From the NCBI GenBank assembly GCA_038248505.1, contig JBBRXJ010000001.1:81773-145772 (forward strand): a stretch of 64,000 nucleotides of DNA, read 5' to 3'. A model generated the notes under the pieces. It was given only the letters and a program-made list of their open reading frames with translations, was not told the DNA's origin and did no database searches. The position numbers and the translations under genes were made by a program. Shown in pieces: positions 9,887-19,989 of the stretch; positions within the stretch are counted from its first letter, which is position 1, and every line of letters begins with the position of its first letter. The DNA is from Bacteroidales bacterium (GTDB lineage: Bacteria; Bacteroidota; Bacteroidia; Bacteroidales; JBBRXJ01).

Positions 9887-10635
9887 TATTTGCCAGTATC
9901 TTTATTGCTCTTAATGTATTGCTCAATGGCCATCGCCATTGATGGGGCTTCAGGCGTTGGAGCTTTAATGTCAAGTTTCAAACCAGCATCTTTTACTGCT
10001 TTGGCAGTGCTTGTGCCAAATGATGCAATCTTAATTTTTGCTTGTTTAAAATTAGGGAAGTTATCAAACAACGACTTAATACCTGTAGGACTGAAGAATA
10101 CCAACATATCATAGTTAAAACCAGCCAAATCGGTTAAGTTTGAACTAATGGTCCGATAGAAAATTGATTTTGTATATTTTAATTTTGCCTTATCGAGCGA
10201 TTTAAGCATTTCTTTTTTATGCGGATCAGATAAAGGCAGCAGATAGGTTTCGTCACTGTGCTTCTTTAAAAGCTCGAGCAAATCTGCAAAGGTCGATGAA
10301 TGAAAGATTTTGCGTTTGCGATAGATGATGTACTTCTGTAAATAAAATGCCACATTCTCGGTAACACAGAAATACTTCATGGTTTCAGGTACCACCACAC
10401 GTAATTCTTCACAGATACGGAAGAAATTATTTACCGCCGTTTTGCTGGTGAAAATTACAGCAGTGTGGCTCAGAATGTCCACTTTAGTCTGTCTGAATTC
10501 CTTTGATGAAATTCCTTCCACATCAACAAAAGGTCTAAAATCAATATGCAGATTATTTTTCTCTGCAAGATCGTGGTAAGGTGACTTTTCTGTTTCAGGT
10601 TTCGGTTGAGAAACCAATATTTTTTTTATTTTCAA
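9886..10635 (-). CDS. uroporphyrinogen-III synthase family protein (HemD-like)
   Basis: 249 aa. The ILVSQPKPE...SPY N-terminus and two-lobe length match the HemD-like protein usually found next to rnpA in Bacteroidota. Its stop overlaps the rnpA start by 1 nt. Confidence 0.7.
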   Translation of the reverse strand: MKIKKILVSQPKPETEKSPYHDLAEKNNLHIDFRPFVDVEGISSKEFRQTKVDILSHTAVIFTSKTAVNNFFRICEELRVVVPETMKYFCVTENVAFYLQKYIIYRKRKIFHSSTFADLLELLKKHSDETYLLPLSDPHKKEMLKSLDKAKLKYTKSIFYRTISSNLTDLAGFNYDMLVFFSPTGIKSLFDNFPNFKQAKIKIASFGTSTAKAVKDAGLKLDIKAPTPEAPSMAMAIEQYIKSNKDTGK

Positions 10636-10677
10636 TTCAGTAAATTTAGGCGTTTATGAAAATTTACTAAATACCCA

Positions 10678-11544
10678 CTAATTACTGGTCATTGCAAAAG
10701 TAATACAGACCATGATGGGTAAAATTTCTAAAGTGCAAAGGTACAAAATACTATAAAATAGCGATAGTTTTTTCTGTTTAATTAATTGAATAGCGTTTAT
10801 AAATCTTATAATCAGCATTATGCTGGTAACAAAAATGGCTAAATAGATGAGGTATTTTATAAAAATCTCTGGTGCAAAAGGGATAGCAACTATAAAAGGG
10901 AAGAGAAAAATGCCTAAATTCTTATTAATTAAGAATATCTGATGTGAGTATTCGGAGAAAACGTCTTGCTTGCCAAAAATAAAACCTAAAAAAATAAAAT
11001 TAAAATATTGCAATACAAAGGTAGTGAACACAATCAGCAAACACCAAAGGAAAATATTTATAGGATGGCTGAGCGGAACTAAACCAAAGTACACAATGCC
11101 TTCTGTAATTGCAAGGCTAAAGTTGAGGTAAAATATAATATTGAGAAAAAAGGAGCTACGCGTAAAAAGAATGTTCTTATTTTGCCACAATTTGGTTGAT
11201 ACATTAAAGTTTGTAAGCGCCTCTCTGAAATTGTTAACGTATTTTGTAAACGTTAGTTTAACCGAGATGTAGATAATAATAGACAGGGCAAAAAGTAATA
11301 TAATCCACTCATTACCATACATCTTACTGAATGGAATGGTTCTTGGAATTGACTCTGTTGATGTTAATGCATGACGAACACCCTGTGCTGATAAGACTGG
11401 TAAGCTGCTTATAGATTGATTCGTGTTCGTTTTTGATAGGCTATCATTTTCCTCTTTCACCATCGCCATCGCCAAATTTCCATTTGAAGAGGTCTTTGGC
11501 TCTACTATATGTGTCTTTATTTCTGATGAATCCGTAGGCAGCAT
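10678..11544 (-). CDS. multi-pass membrane protein, DUF4271-like
   Basis: About 6 TM segments after a low-complexity N-terminus. Its position upstream of the hemD-like gene matches the remembered DUF4271 neighbourhood. The true start is uncertain. Confidence 0.55.
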   Translation of the reverse strand: MLPTDSSEIKTHIVEPKTSSNGNLAMAMVKEENDSLSKTNTNQSISSLPVLSAQGVRHALTSTESIPRTIPFSKMYGNEWIILLFALSIIIYISVKLTFTKYVNNFREALTNFNVSTKLWQNKNILFTRSSFFLNIIFYLNFSLAITEGIVYFGLVPLSHPINIFLWCLLIVFTTFVLQYFNFIFLGFIFGKQDVFSEYSHQIFLINKNLGIFLFPFIVAIPFAPEIFIKYLIYLAIFVTSIMLIIRFINAIQLIKQKKLSLFYSILYLCTLEILPIMVCITFAMTSN

Positions 11545-11766
11545 TCAAAATACTTTTTTGCAAAGATACTCTAATCATAATCCAAAAGCAAGTAAAATTG
11601 TGTGCTTTGTACTTGAGTGAGTCGCTTAAATTGTTCTCAAATCTTCTGTCTACTTTTCGCTGTATCATTCCATTAGCCTTTATTTTACGCTTTAAGGTCA
11701 ATGTTAGGATCTGTTTTCATTTTTTTTATTATTTTAGAATCGAATTTTTAGGGTAAAATTTTTGAA

Positions 11767-13146
11767 ATGAATATACTTCCTTCTTTTCGCTTGATATTTC
11801 AGATAATAATTTTTTTATTGGTTTCAGTATTCTATTCATGTAGCAATACAATAGATGTTACTGATGACCTTTCGATAAATGAAGTTCAACATATTGTTTG
11901 TAAAGCTAATTCTGCTTGGGCCATAGAGGTGTATGTACCCTCAGCAGCAAAATTAGAAAAAAAATTACCGGTAATTTATGTCATTGATGCACACGCTCGC
12001 GGACGAATGGCTGTTAACAGACTTGCCGTAGCCGCCGAACGTTATCATTTTATTGTGGTTGCATCCGATAATGCGTCAAATAACAATCCCAATATGCAAT
12101 TAATTATTGCCTCAATGTTGCAGGAGGCAGAGGCACAGTTCAACATTGATCCAACACGTCGCTATCTTTGTGGCTTTAGCGGTGGTGCACGTGTGGCAGG
12201 TTTGTATGCCCTTAAAACGAATGAGTTTAAAGGAGCCATTTTGTGTGCTGCTTCTGCCGATCTGGGTCAGAAGCAAAACATGCCAGCCTTATTTTCGGTG
12301 GTAGGTTTAAATGATTTGAACTTTCATGAAGTACTTGATTTCGACTTACAGGCTGATAAATTAGGCCTGCGTCATTGCTTAAAAGTTTTTGCTGGTGCTC
12401 ATGAATTTCCGCCAGCAGCCGTTTTTGAAGATGCACTTTTATGGTTTAATATACAAAATAATAAAGACGCAAAGGAAACTAAAAACGCAATGAGCATTTG
12501 TCAAAAACGCTTACAAGCCTTAATAAAAAAGCAATTTTTAGACGGTGATAAATTATTATCAAATCAAAGTACTTATTATGCAGTATCTTTTTTTAATGGA
12601 ACACGTTTTGAAAAACACTTTACTGAAATAGTGATGGATTATAATTCTGACCAAGAAGTGCAAAGCGATCTGAGCGAACTGCAAAGACAGTATGAATTAG
12701 AACAGAAACTAAAAATAGCTTATTATAATGCAATGGATTCAAAAAGTTTTGATTGGTGGCAGAACGAGCTTAAGGTAATTCAGCATAAAACCGATACCTC
12801 AAATAACAATATAAAAACAGCGCCTTATAAACGATTGCTAGGCTTTGTGAGTATGATGTGTTTTATGAAACTTTCTGCCGCTATTAAAGAAAATGATATT
12901 ATTTCATTTAACAATTTCTCGCAATTGTATGCATTGTGTGATACAAATAATCCCGATCGCTTCTTTCTAAAGTCTCGTTTTTATGCTCAACAAAATTTAA
13001 AAGATTCGTTGATTATCAATATGAATAGAGCTATTTCTATGGGGTTTATAAGTTTGAATGATATTGAATCCGATACCATTTTATATAAGTTACTTAGTGA
13101 GGATCAGATAGAAATAGTTACTGAAGCCAATACTGATTGTAAATAA
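11767..13146 (+). CDS. lipoprotein with N-terminal alpha/beta-hydrolase (esterase-like) domain
   Basis: Signal plus Cys (LLVSVFYSC). The nucleophile elbow GFSGG sits in the context PVIYVIDAHARG...CGFSGGARVAG. The C-terminal half is helical. Confidence 0.6.
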   Translation: MNILPSFRLIFQIIIFLLVSVFYSCSNTIDVTDDLSINEVQHIVCKANSAWAIEVYVPSAAKLEKKLPVIYVIDAHARGRMAVNRLAVAAERYHFIVVASDNASNNNPNMQLIIASMLQEAEAQFNIDPTRRYLCGFSGGARVAGLYALKTNEFKGAILCAASADLGQKQNMPALFSVVGLNDLNFHEVLDFDLQADKLGLRHCLKVFAGAHEFPPAAVFEDALLWFNIQNNKDAKETKNAMSICQKRLQALIKKQFLDGDKLLSNQSTYYAVSFFNGTRFEKHFTEIVMDYNSDQEVQSDLSELQRQYELEQKLKIAYYNAMDSKSFDWWQNELKVIQHKTDTSNNNIKTAPYKRLLGFVSMMCFMKLSAAIKENDIISFNNFSQLYALCDTNNPDRFFLKSRFYAQQNLKDSLIINMNRAISMGFISLNDIESDTILYKLLSEDQIEIVTEANTDCK

Positions 13147-13358
13147 TAAATTATTTGTTGGCTGGCTTTTTAGCATGAAGGGTAAAATACTAAAAATACT
13201 CGGTGGCTGAGCGTTGTTAAAGCCTTCGCAGTTTTATTATTCATAGCTTATTCAACAGGTTTTAATGCTGATTTTTTTATGCGAATTTGCGAAAAAATAT
13301 TTATAAAATTAATGGATCTCTTTATGTTTTTACAACTAATTACTAATCAGAATAAATT

Positions 13359-15443
13359 ATGAACAAAGTAACACATACATTGGTTATTATCCTATTTTTT
13401 AGCTCTTTGCTAAGTATTGCACAGCCTCGTATAGGCGCTGAAATATGGATTGAACCCGGTCAAAAACCAGAACGAATTGATACTTGGTTTCGTGTTTTAT
13501 CAGAAAGCAGTATGCCAGTGGCCCGGCTATTTATTATGTGGAATTATATTGAACGTAAAGCCGGAGTGTACGATTTTACACTGTACGATGCAGCTTTTGA
13601 TGCGGCGAAAAAATACCATGTTAAAATTGAGGCAACGCTCACCGTGAATCATGGCCCCGCCTTTTTAGATCCTAAGTTTTGGTATTCTGATCAAGATGGC
13701 CGAATTCCGCAAACACAGAAGCAACTTGATATGGGTGCAAAATACTTGGCAAAGGTGGTTGAACGTTATAAAGATCATTCGGCATTAGATAATTGGTGGT
13801 TAATGAACGAGCCAGGCCAATTAAATTCACATGATGAATTAGCGATGGCTAGTTATAAAAAGTGGTTGAAGAAAAAATATAGTACCATTGATTCATTAAA
13901 TCATGCTTGGTTAACTGCTTTTTTGAGTTTCGATTTAATAACGTATGATGCCAGTTGGGATGCCTCGGGTGGTTTTACACGTCCTGCCCCTTTTCTCGAT
14001 TGGAGCTGGTTTTGGCGTGACCACATGACATGGTATATGTCGTGGATAGCTTCAAATATACGAGCTATTGATACAGTGCATCCTTTGCATGTCAATCCAC
14101 ATGGTATTTTTGATATCTTACCTAAATATGATTTACCAGCATGGGGTACGTTTCTTTCATCTTTAGGGGCAAGTATTCATCCTTCATGGCATTTCTCTAT
14201 GTTTGAGCGTGACCAATATGCGTATGGAGTATCGGCAGTATGTAAAATAATAAAAGGAGCTATTGAGCCTAAGCCGTTTTGGGTATCTGAATTGCAGGGC
14301 GGTAATAATACATATAGCGGAGGTAATCCTTTATGTCCTACTCGTAATGATATTTCACAATGGGTGTGGACTGGGGTTGGCTCAGGTGCACAGAATGTTA
14401 TTTTTTGGTGTCTGAACTGGCGAATGGATGGAGGCGAATCAGGCGAATGGTCATTACTTGATTTCTTCGATAAGCCTTCTGATAGATTAGAGGAGGCAAG
14501 TAGCATCGCTAAAACACTAAATGCAAATAGTGATTTTTTTAAAAATGCTAGTCCTGTAAATTCTAAAGTAACCATTCTCTTAAGTCCCGAGACGATGCTT
14601 ATTTTGGCAAGGAAAGATAATTTTAAAGATATTGAAGCACGAAAAGCGCAAGCACATATTAAATCGGTAATGGCCTATTTTATTGCTTTACAAGAGCTGG
14701 GAATTTCTGCTGAGCTAAAACAAATTGATCAATACGATTGGAAAAACAAGCAGGGTGAAATAGCTGTTATCGCACATGCTGTTTCTGTTCGTGGCAGTTT
14801 GATCCCTATCATGGAGCAATTTGTTTATAATGGGAATAAGCTTATCGTCTCCGATTTAACAGGTTATTTTGATGAAAATGAGCATAATGTTTTGCAGACA
14901 GGCAATCCTATGCGAGGCCTTTTGGGTGGCGATGTTAAAGAGATAAAGCTAATAGCAGATTCATTTGGGTTAAAGATGAATATTCCACCAATGAATTTTC
15001 CGGTTCACATGTGGATGAGTGAAATCGTACCCATATCAGGCGAGGCGCTTGCAACATCAAATGGAGCGATTACCGCAATGCGAAATAAAATTGGCGCAGG
15101 CGAGGTGGTATGGGTTCCTTCAATGATATCTCTTGGTGCATGGCTTTTTGATAATGCAGCACTCTCAAATTTTGCATCCATACAATGCGAACAAGTTGCA
15201 GCTCAATTGCCTTTTGTGTTTGATAAACAATATAAAAACGTGATGTTAAATACACTTAAGAATGGTAATAATTATGTCACCATTATTACTAATGGCAGTA
15301 TGAAGCCTACGGTTGTTAAATTAAAAAACACGGTGGTTTTAAAAGCTGAAGTGATTTATGGCAAGGCGGATAAATTTAATGCAGGTAGTTTAACGGCGAG
15401 TTTGGGTGGACGGGAGACTTTGGTTGTACTTTGGAGGGAATAG
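13359..15443 (+). CDS. GH42-like (clan GH-A) glycoside hydrolase
   Basis: Signal peptide. TIM-barrel motifs WWLMNEPG (acid/base NEP) and FWVSELQGG (candidate nucleophile). Central GH42-type trimerisation-like domain (IAVIAHAVS...GNKLIVSD). Confidence 0.65.
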   Translation: MNKVTHTLVIILFFSSLLSIAQPRIGAEIWIEPGQKPERIDTWFRVLSESSMPVARLFIMWNYIERKAGVYDFTLYDAAFDAAKKYHVKIEATLTVNHGPAFLDPKFWYSDQDGRIPQTQKQLDMGAKYLAKVVERYKDHSALDNWWLMNEPGQLNSHDELAMASYKKWLKKKYSTIDSLNHAWLTAFLSFDLITYDASWDASGGFTRPAPFLDWSWFWRDHMTWYMSWIASNIRAIDTVHPLHVNPHGIFDILPKYDLPAWGTFLSSLGASIHPSWHFSMFERDQYAYGVSAVCKIIKGAIEPKPFWVSELQGGNNTYSGGNPLCPTRNDISQWVWTGVGSGAQNVIFWCLNWRMDGGESGEWSLLDFFDKPSDRLEEASSIAKTLNANSDFFKNASPVNSKVTILLSPETMLILARKDNFKDIEARKAQAHIKSVMAYFIALQELGISAELKQIDQYDWKNKQGEIAVIAHAVSVRGSLIPIMEQFVYNGNKLIVSDLTGYFDENEHNVLQTGNPMRGLLGGDVKEIKLIADSFGLKMNIPPMNFPVHMWMSEIVPISGEALATSNGAITAMRNKIGAGEVVWVPSMISLGAWLFDNAALSNFASIQCEQVAAQLPFVFDKQYKNVMLNTLKNGNNYVTIITNGSMKPTVVKLKNTVVLKAEVIYGKADKFNAGSLTASLGGRETLVVLWRE

Positions 15444-15526
15444 TTTGTTTTAAAAAACAAGAATATTATATAGTTGCGGCGAGTACAAGAACAAGTAGAT
15501 TTTTCAGCAAATTAAAATTATTATTT

Positions 15527-16168
15527 ATGAAAAAAACAGTATCATTTTTTTTGGCAATCCTTATTACAGGATTATTAAATGCGCAGATTCGTGTTGCATG
15601 TATTGGTAATAGCATTACCTACGGAGCTGCTATTGAAGGACGCGATAGTTTAAGCTACCCAGCACAGATGCAAAAAATGTTAGGTAATGTTTATAATGTA
15701 AAGAATTTTGGTGTAAGCGGCGCAACCATGCTAAAAAAAGGAAACAAACCGTATTGTAAAGAAAATGCTTTTTTAAGCGCATTAGAATTTGCACCAAATA
15801 TTGTTGTTATAAAGCTAGGAACTAATGATAGCAAATCATACAACTGGGCTTTTAAAGATGAATTTGATGACGATTATATTGCTATGATAAATATTTTTAA
15901 GAACATGAAGAGTGTTGAGAAAATATTTGTGTGTTATCCTGTACCAGCTAACGAAATGCGATGGGATATAAATATAGAAATTGTTAAGAATGATTTGCCT
16001 GTAATAATTAAGAGTGTAGCTGATGCCACGGGCGCAAGTATTATAAATTTATATCCAGTGCTTGAAGGGAGACCGGAGTTATTTCCGGATATGATTCATC
16101 CCAATGCCGCCGGAGCAAAACTTATAGCAGAAGCAGTTGCAGAGAACGTAAAAGGTAGTAAGAAGTAA
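15527..16168 (+). CDS. SGNH/GDSL hydrolase (carbohydrate esterase-like)
   Basis: Start taken at MKKTVSFF (ATG 15527). Block I CIGNSITYG, block III GTND, and C-terminal DMIHPN (the DxxH catalytic pair). Confidence 0.8.
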   Translation: MKKTVSFFLAILITGLLNAQIRVACIGNSITYGAAIEGRDSLSYPAQMQKMLGNVYNVKNFGVSGATMLKKGNKPYCKENAFLSALEFAPNIVVIKLGTNDSKSYNWAFKDEFDDDYIAMINIFKNMKSVEKIFVCYPVPANEMRWDINIEIVKNDLPVIIKSVADATGASIINLYPVLEGRPELFPDMIHPNAAGAKLIAEAVAENVKGSKK

Positions 16169-16327
16169 TTTTTCAAGAAGGAGTTCACAGAGATCACAAG
16201 GACACTAAGTATGTGCAGCGAAGTATATTTATGTAGATGCTTGGTTGTATTAAGGATTTTTTTTATCACTGAAAGTTCATCTTGTAAAAGCAATGCTTCA
16301 ATTCCATTAAATTAGTAAACCAATTCA

Positions 16328-16350
16328 GATATAGAGAATGTCTCTATATC
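16328..16350. terminator. perfect 10-bp hairpin between convergent genes
   Basis: GATATAGAGA-ATG-TCTCTATATC. Overlaps the ispD stop codon. No clear U-tract. Confidence 0.45.
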
Positions 16351-17018
16351 TTAGTCCCTATGAAATGTGTAGCCATTACCATATCGAAGGGGGTGGTAAT
16401 TTTGATGTTTTCCTGATTGCCTTCAACGAGATGTATTTGATGCCCCATTGATTCAAATACCGAAGCATCATCCGTAAATATTTCATCGAAATGTTGCTGG
16501 TAGGCGTCACGAATAAGAGATAACTGAAAAGTTTGAGGCGTTTGTATGATCTTTACTGAATTGCGATCAATGAAGTGATTTTTGTTGACTTTATCAACTA
16601 TTCTTAGAGATTCATTAATTTCAATAACAGGAATGCCACATCCATATTGTTGAGCAGCATCAAAGCATCGGCCAATGGTAATGCGGCTCACGAATGGGCG
16701 TACGCCATCGTGAATAGCAATAAAGCCTTCACCTGATAATAAGTCAAGTCCTTTTCTAACGGAATGAAATCGTGTTTCGCCACCTGCCGTTACCTTATGT
16801 GGCACAGTAAAATTATTGATTTTACAAAGGTCCTTCCAATAATCAATTTGATGTTCGGGCAGTACAATTACAAGTTCAATATTTTGTTGATAGTGTACAA
16901 AGCATTGCATAGTATGCATGAGAATTGGCTGCACACCCAGATGCAGAAACTGTTTAGGAATAACGGCTCCCATACGGGTGCCCGATCCTCCGGCAACTAT
17001 TAGGGCGTGTTTTTTCAT
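16344..17018 (-). CDS. ispD: 2-C-methyl-D-erythritol 4-phosphate cytidylyltransferase
   Basis: 224 aa. IVAGGSGTRMG...PKQF motif and VHDGVRP-like IHDGVRPF. Confidence 0.9.
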   Translation of the reverse strand: MKKHALIVAGGSGTRMGAVIPKQFLHLGVQPILMHTMQCFVHYQQNIELVIVLPEHQIDYWKDLCKINNFTVPHKVTAGGETRFHSVRKGLDLLSGEGFIAIHDGVRPFVSRITIGRCFDAAQQYGCGIPVIEINESLRIVDKVNKNHFIDRNSVKIIQTPQTFQLSLIRDAYQQHFDEIFTDDASVFESMGHQIHLVEGNQENIKITTPFDMVMATHFIGTKI

Positions 17019-17038
17019 TTTTATTGTGAGTTAGTGAT

Positions 17039-17070
17039 AATGAAGAAGCCTATTTTTAGGCTTCTTCATT
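17039..17070 (-). terminator. hairpin terminator after glucokinase gene
   Basis: AATGAAGAAGCC-TATTTTTA-GGCTTCTTCATT, a 12-bp perfect stem overlapping the stop codon. Confidence 0.6.
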
Positions 17071-18031
17071 ATTCATTATTTATATTTTTCCAAACGAGAG
17101 CGGCTGAACCAAGAATGGCACCATTTGATTCATTTAGTTCTGATGGAAGAATTTTGATTTTATTTTTGTAAATGTTAAGTAAGTTAGCTTCGAAGTGACG
17201 AATGGTTGGTTCAAAAATAAGATTGCCAGCTTTAGCTAAACCGCCAAAGAGAAAGATGGCTTTAGGTGTGGTATATGCAACACTATCGGCAAGTTTAATA
17301 CCCAGAATACGACCAGTAGATTCGAATGCCACTTGCGCAATTTTATCGCCTTTTAAAGCAGCCTCGCTAATCATTGCAGCGGTTAGATTATTGAATGTAA
17401 CATCACGGAAAACGCTTGGGTGATTTGTTGTTCCTAATAGTTCAAAAACGGTACGCCGAATGCCTGTTGCAGAAGCATAAGCTTCGAGGCAGCCATTGCG
17501 ACCACAGCCACATTCGCGGCCCCCTTCGGTACATACTAAGGTGTGACCAACTTCGCCAGCAAAACCATCGAAGCCATAAATTACATCTCCGTTGGCAACA
17601 ATCCCGCTACCGAGACCGGTACCTAAAGTTATAACAATAAAATCGCGCATGCCTTTAGCACCGCCATAAATCATTTCGCCAATAGCGGCGGCATTTGCAT
17701 CGTTAGTTAATACTGCTGGTACGCCCATACTTTCTTGAAACATTTTTGCTAATGGAATGATGCCTTTCCATTCGAGGTTCGGAGCATATTCAATGGTGCC
17801 TGTGTAATAGTTTCCGTTTGGTGCACCAATGCCAATACCGATTATTTTTACATCGCCAGCTTTTTTTATTGCATCATTTATTTTAAGTGATAGCGCTTTT
17901 ACAAAATCTTCTACTTTCGCATACCCTCTTGTTGGCATACTATCTTGAAATACGATTTTGCCATTTTTATTAACTAAACCGTAGGCACTGTTTGTTCCAC
18001 CTATATCGATTCCTACACTAATTTCTTGCAT
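17069..18031 (-). CDS. ROK family glucokinase
   Basis: DIGGTN ATP-binding N-terminus. ROK zinc motif GHTLV...CGCGRNGCLEAY. Confidence 0.85.
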   Translation of the reverse strand: MQEISVGIDIGGTNSAYGLVNKNGKIVFQDSMPTRGYAKVEDFVKALSLKINDAIKKAGDVKIIGIGIGAPNGNYYTGTIEYAPNLEWKGIIPLAKMFQESMGVPAVLTNDANAAAIGEMIYGGAKGMRDFIVITLGTGLGSGIVANGDVIYGFDGFAGEVGHTLVCTEGGRECGCGRNGCLEAYASATGIRRTVFELLGTTNHPSVFRDVTFNNLTAAMISEAALKGDKIAQVAFESTGRILGIKLADSVAYTTPKAIFLFGGLAKAGNLIFEPTIRHFEANLLNIYKNKIKILPSELNESNGAILGSAALVWKNINNE

Positions 18032-18053
18032 AATTTATGATGTATTTATGGGT

Positions 18054-19262
18054 TTATTTTTTTACTATGTTAACGACAGCCACCATTAATAGATAAGCAA
18101 CACACGCTAAAGGAACAACAAATCCGATGAGAATGGATGTTTTATCAGCAATGAATCCCATAATAGGGGGAATAAAAGCTCCTCCTACAATGGCTGTTAC
18201 CATGAGTCCTGATAGCTCATTTGCACGTGCTGGTAATTTATCAATGGTAATGGAAAAGATGAGAGGGAAAATATTTGCTAAACCGAGACCTATTAAAAAA
18301 ATACCAGAGAAAACGATTACTTTATTACCAGTTAATAAAAGAACGATACCAATAAAAGCAACAATTGAAGTGATAAGTAAAAAGCGCGCTGGTGATAGAA
18401 TTCGAAGTATTAAAGAACCTATGAAACGACCAATTAGTATTGGGAGGAAAAATAATGCCCAACTAATTAGTAAGCCAAAATTATCGAGACCGAAAAGTTT
18501 TTTCATAAGCATTGGTACTCCACTCGACATGGAAACCTCGGCTCCTACATATATAAATATACCGAATACCATCATTAAAACGTAGGGATTTGCGAGGAGC
18601 GTGAGGCAGGATGCTAATGTTGCTGGCTTGCTTGAAGGATCTTTCTGTTCTTTAATATTTAGTGTTGATACCCAGATGATGGTAAATAAAATCATTACTG
18701 AAAATACAGGAAAGAGAATGCTCCAATCGAAACCGAAGTAGGCAGCAGCGAAAAGAAGAATCAGAAAACCTAATGACGAGCCGATTGCTTTAATGGTTTG
18801 GCCTAACGAGAGATTGCTCGAATAGTGCCCATCGGCTGAAACATCTCTCATGATTGGATTTCCCGCTACTTGCAGAATGGCATTTCCAGCTCCTAAAAAA
18901 AGAATGGCTACTAATAAAACATAAAATTTAAATTGTGCTGATCCGTCAATAATAACCTTGGGGCCAAACATGCCATTGGCAATGGGTAGTAGTAAACCAA
19001 GTAGAGCAACACTAAGGCCGATAATGAGTATGTATTTTTTGCCTTTACGATCTTGTAATAATCCGAGTGCGATGGAAAGTAATCCGAACATAATAAAACC
19101 CATGAATGATAGCATTTGGGCCATGAAGTAGGAGAGGTTAAAGCTGTCTTTTACTAAACCAACCAAGGGGCCAACAGCATCACCAAAACCCATGCAGAGG
19201 AATGAAAGTAGGATGGGATAGAGATAAGCTCTGTTAATGCTATTATTTTGAGAGGCTTCCAT
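18054..19262 (-). CDS. MFS sugar transporter (FucP/GluP-like)
   Basis: 402 aa, about 12 TM segments. Starts 22 nt upstream of the glucokinase gene on the same strand. Confidence 0.75.
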   Translation of the reverse strand: MEASQNNSINRAYLYPILLSFLCMGFGDAVGPLVGLVKDSFNLSYFMAQMLSFMGFIMFGLLSIALGLLQDRKGKKYILIIGLSVALLGLLLPIANGMFGPKVIIDGSAQFKFYVLLVAILFLGAGNAILQVAGNPIMRDVSADGHYSSNLSLGQTIKAIGSSLGFLILLFAAAYFGFDWSILFPVFSVMILFTIIWVSTLNIKEQKDPSSKPATLASCLTLLANPYVLMMVFGIFIYVGAEVSMSSGVPMLMKKLFGLDNFGLLISWALFFLPILIGRFIGSLILRILSPARFLLITSIVAFIGIVLLLTGNKVIVFSGIFLIGLGLANIFPLIFSITIDKLPARANELSGLMVTAIVGGAFIPPIMGFIADKTSILIGFVVPLACVAYLLMVAVVNIVKK

Positions 19263-19605
19263 ATTGTTTTCTATTTGGTTTTATTTTTTAGAGGGATAAA
19301 GATATAAAGTTTTTGGTTTTTATGAGATATTTTAGGACGAAGATGATAGAATATGCAAGGTGTATTGGGTTAATGTATTTAAATATAGCTGATTAGCTGG
19401 GGTTGGTGGATTGATAAGAACTGCTGTTTTAAAAAAATGATATTATAGGCATTGTGCAAAGTAAAAGCTTGTATGCAATAGTAATAAGAGACTTTAATGG
19501 ATTATATTAAAGTCACATTAGAAATACAGACAAACATTTTTTTATTTGGAAAATGAATTGTGATAAATGATGTTTGAGTCATGATTATTGATGATTTCAA
19601 AATCA

Positions 19606-19956
19606 TCATTGGCGCTCATTGTATTTTGAAGTTATTATGACACTTTTAAGTTGGCCAATGTTTTCAGTAAATGGGAAAGTAGTGATTGAATTATTATTTA
19701 TCTTAATACGTAATGTTTTATTTTGGATGGTGAGTTCATATTCATTCCAACCTTCTTTAAAGTCAATACCATAAGCACTATTGACGGAGTACTTGCCGTC
19801 CAGATTAATGCCAGTGATTTTTTGTGTTGTAAATCGATAGCAGCATTTATCAGAAAAAGAAATTGTGTTATAGTAAGTATCTGTATTGAAACTTATCCAT
19901 ATAGCATGTGAGCGTGGATTAATAAATTTACTTTTAAAACGTAGAGTCATGTTCAC
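19606..19956 (-). CDS. hypothetical; possible C-terminal fragment of the family of the 433-aa protein at 49757-51058
   Basis: 116-aa ORF. GWNEYELTIQNKTLRIKINNNSITTFPF aligns by eye with DWHDLFVKVVNKKVSIYIDNTLVYETAY of the 433-aa protein. It has no signal, TM or N-terminal domain. Confidence 0.35.
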   Translation of the reverse strand: MNMTLRFKSKFINPRSHAIWISFNTDTYYNTISFSDKCCYRFTTQKITGINLDGKYSVNSAYGIDFKEGWNEYELTIQNKTLRIKINNNSITTFPFTENIGQLKSVIITSKYNERQ

Positions 19957-19989
19957 GACATTTAAGTTGAATTCTTTAATCCTATTTGC

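Noticed and set aside
11444-11701. 85-aa ORF containing LNAAYGFIRNKDTYSRAKDL, reminiscent of the ..AYGF..GRS...A motif of retron and group II reverse transcriptases
   Set aside because: Only one short motif-like stretch is present. There is no downstream RT block (no YxDD). The ORF overlaps the start region of the DUF4271-like gene in another frame. The similarity is too weak to support a call without a profile search.
16219-16232. 14-nt exact match (ATAAATATACTTCG) between 16219-16232 (reverse complement) and 45211-45224, both near GC-rich sequence
   Set aside because: An AT-rich 14-mer shared once within a 64-kb AT-rich window (both strands) is expected by chance. The flanks do not align. 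The adjacent TTCACAGAGATCACAAGGACACTAAG at about 16186-16211 could not be tied to the GC-hairpin family.
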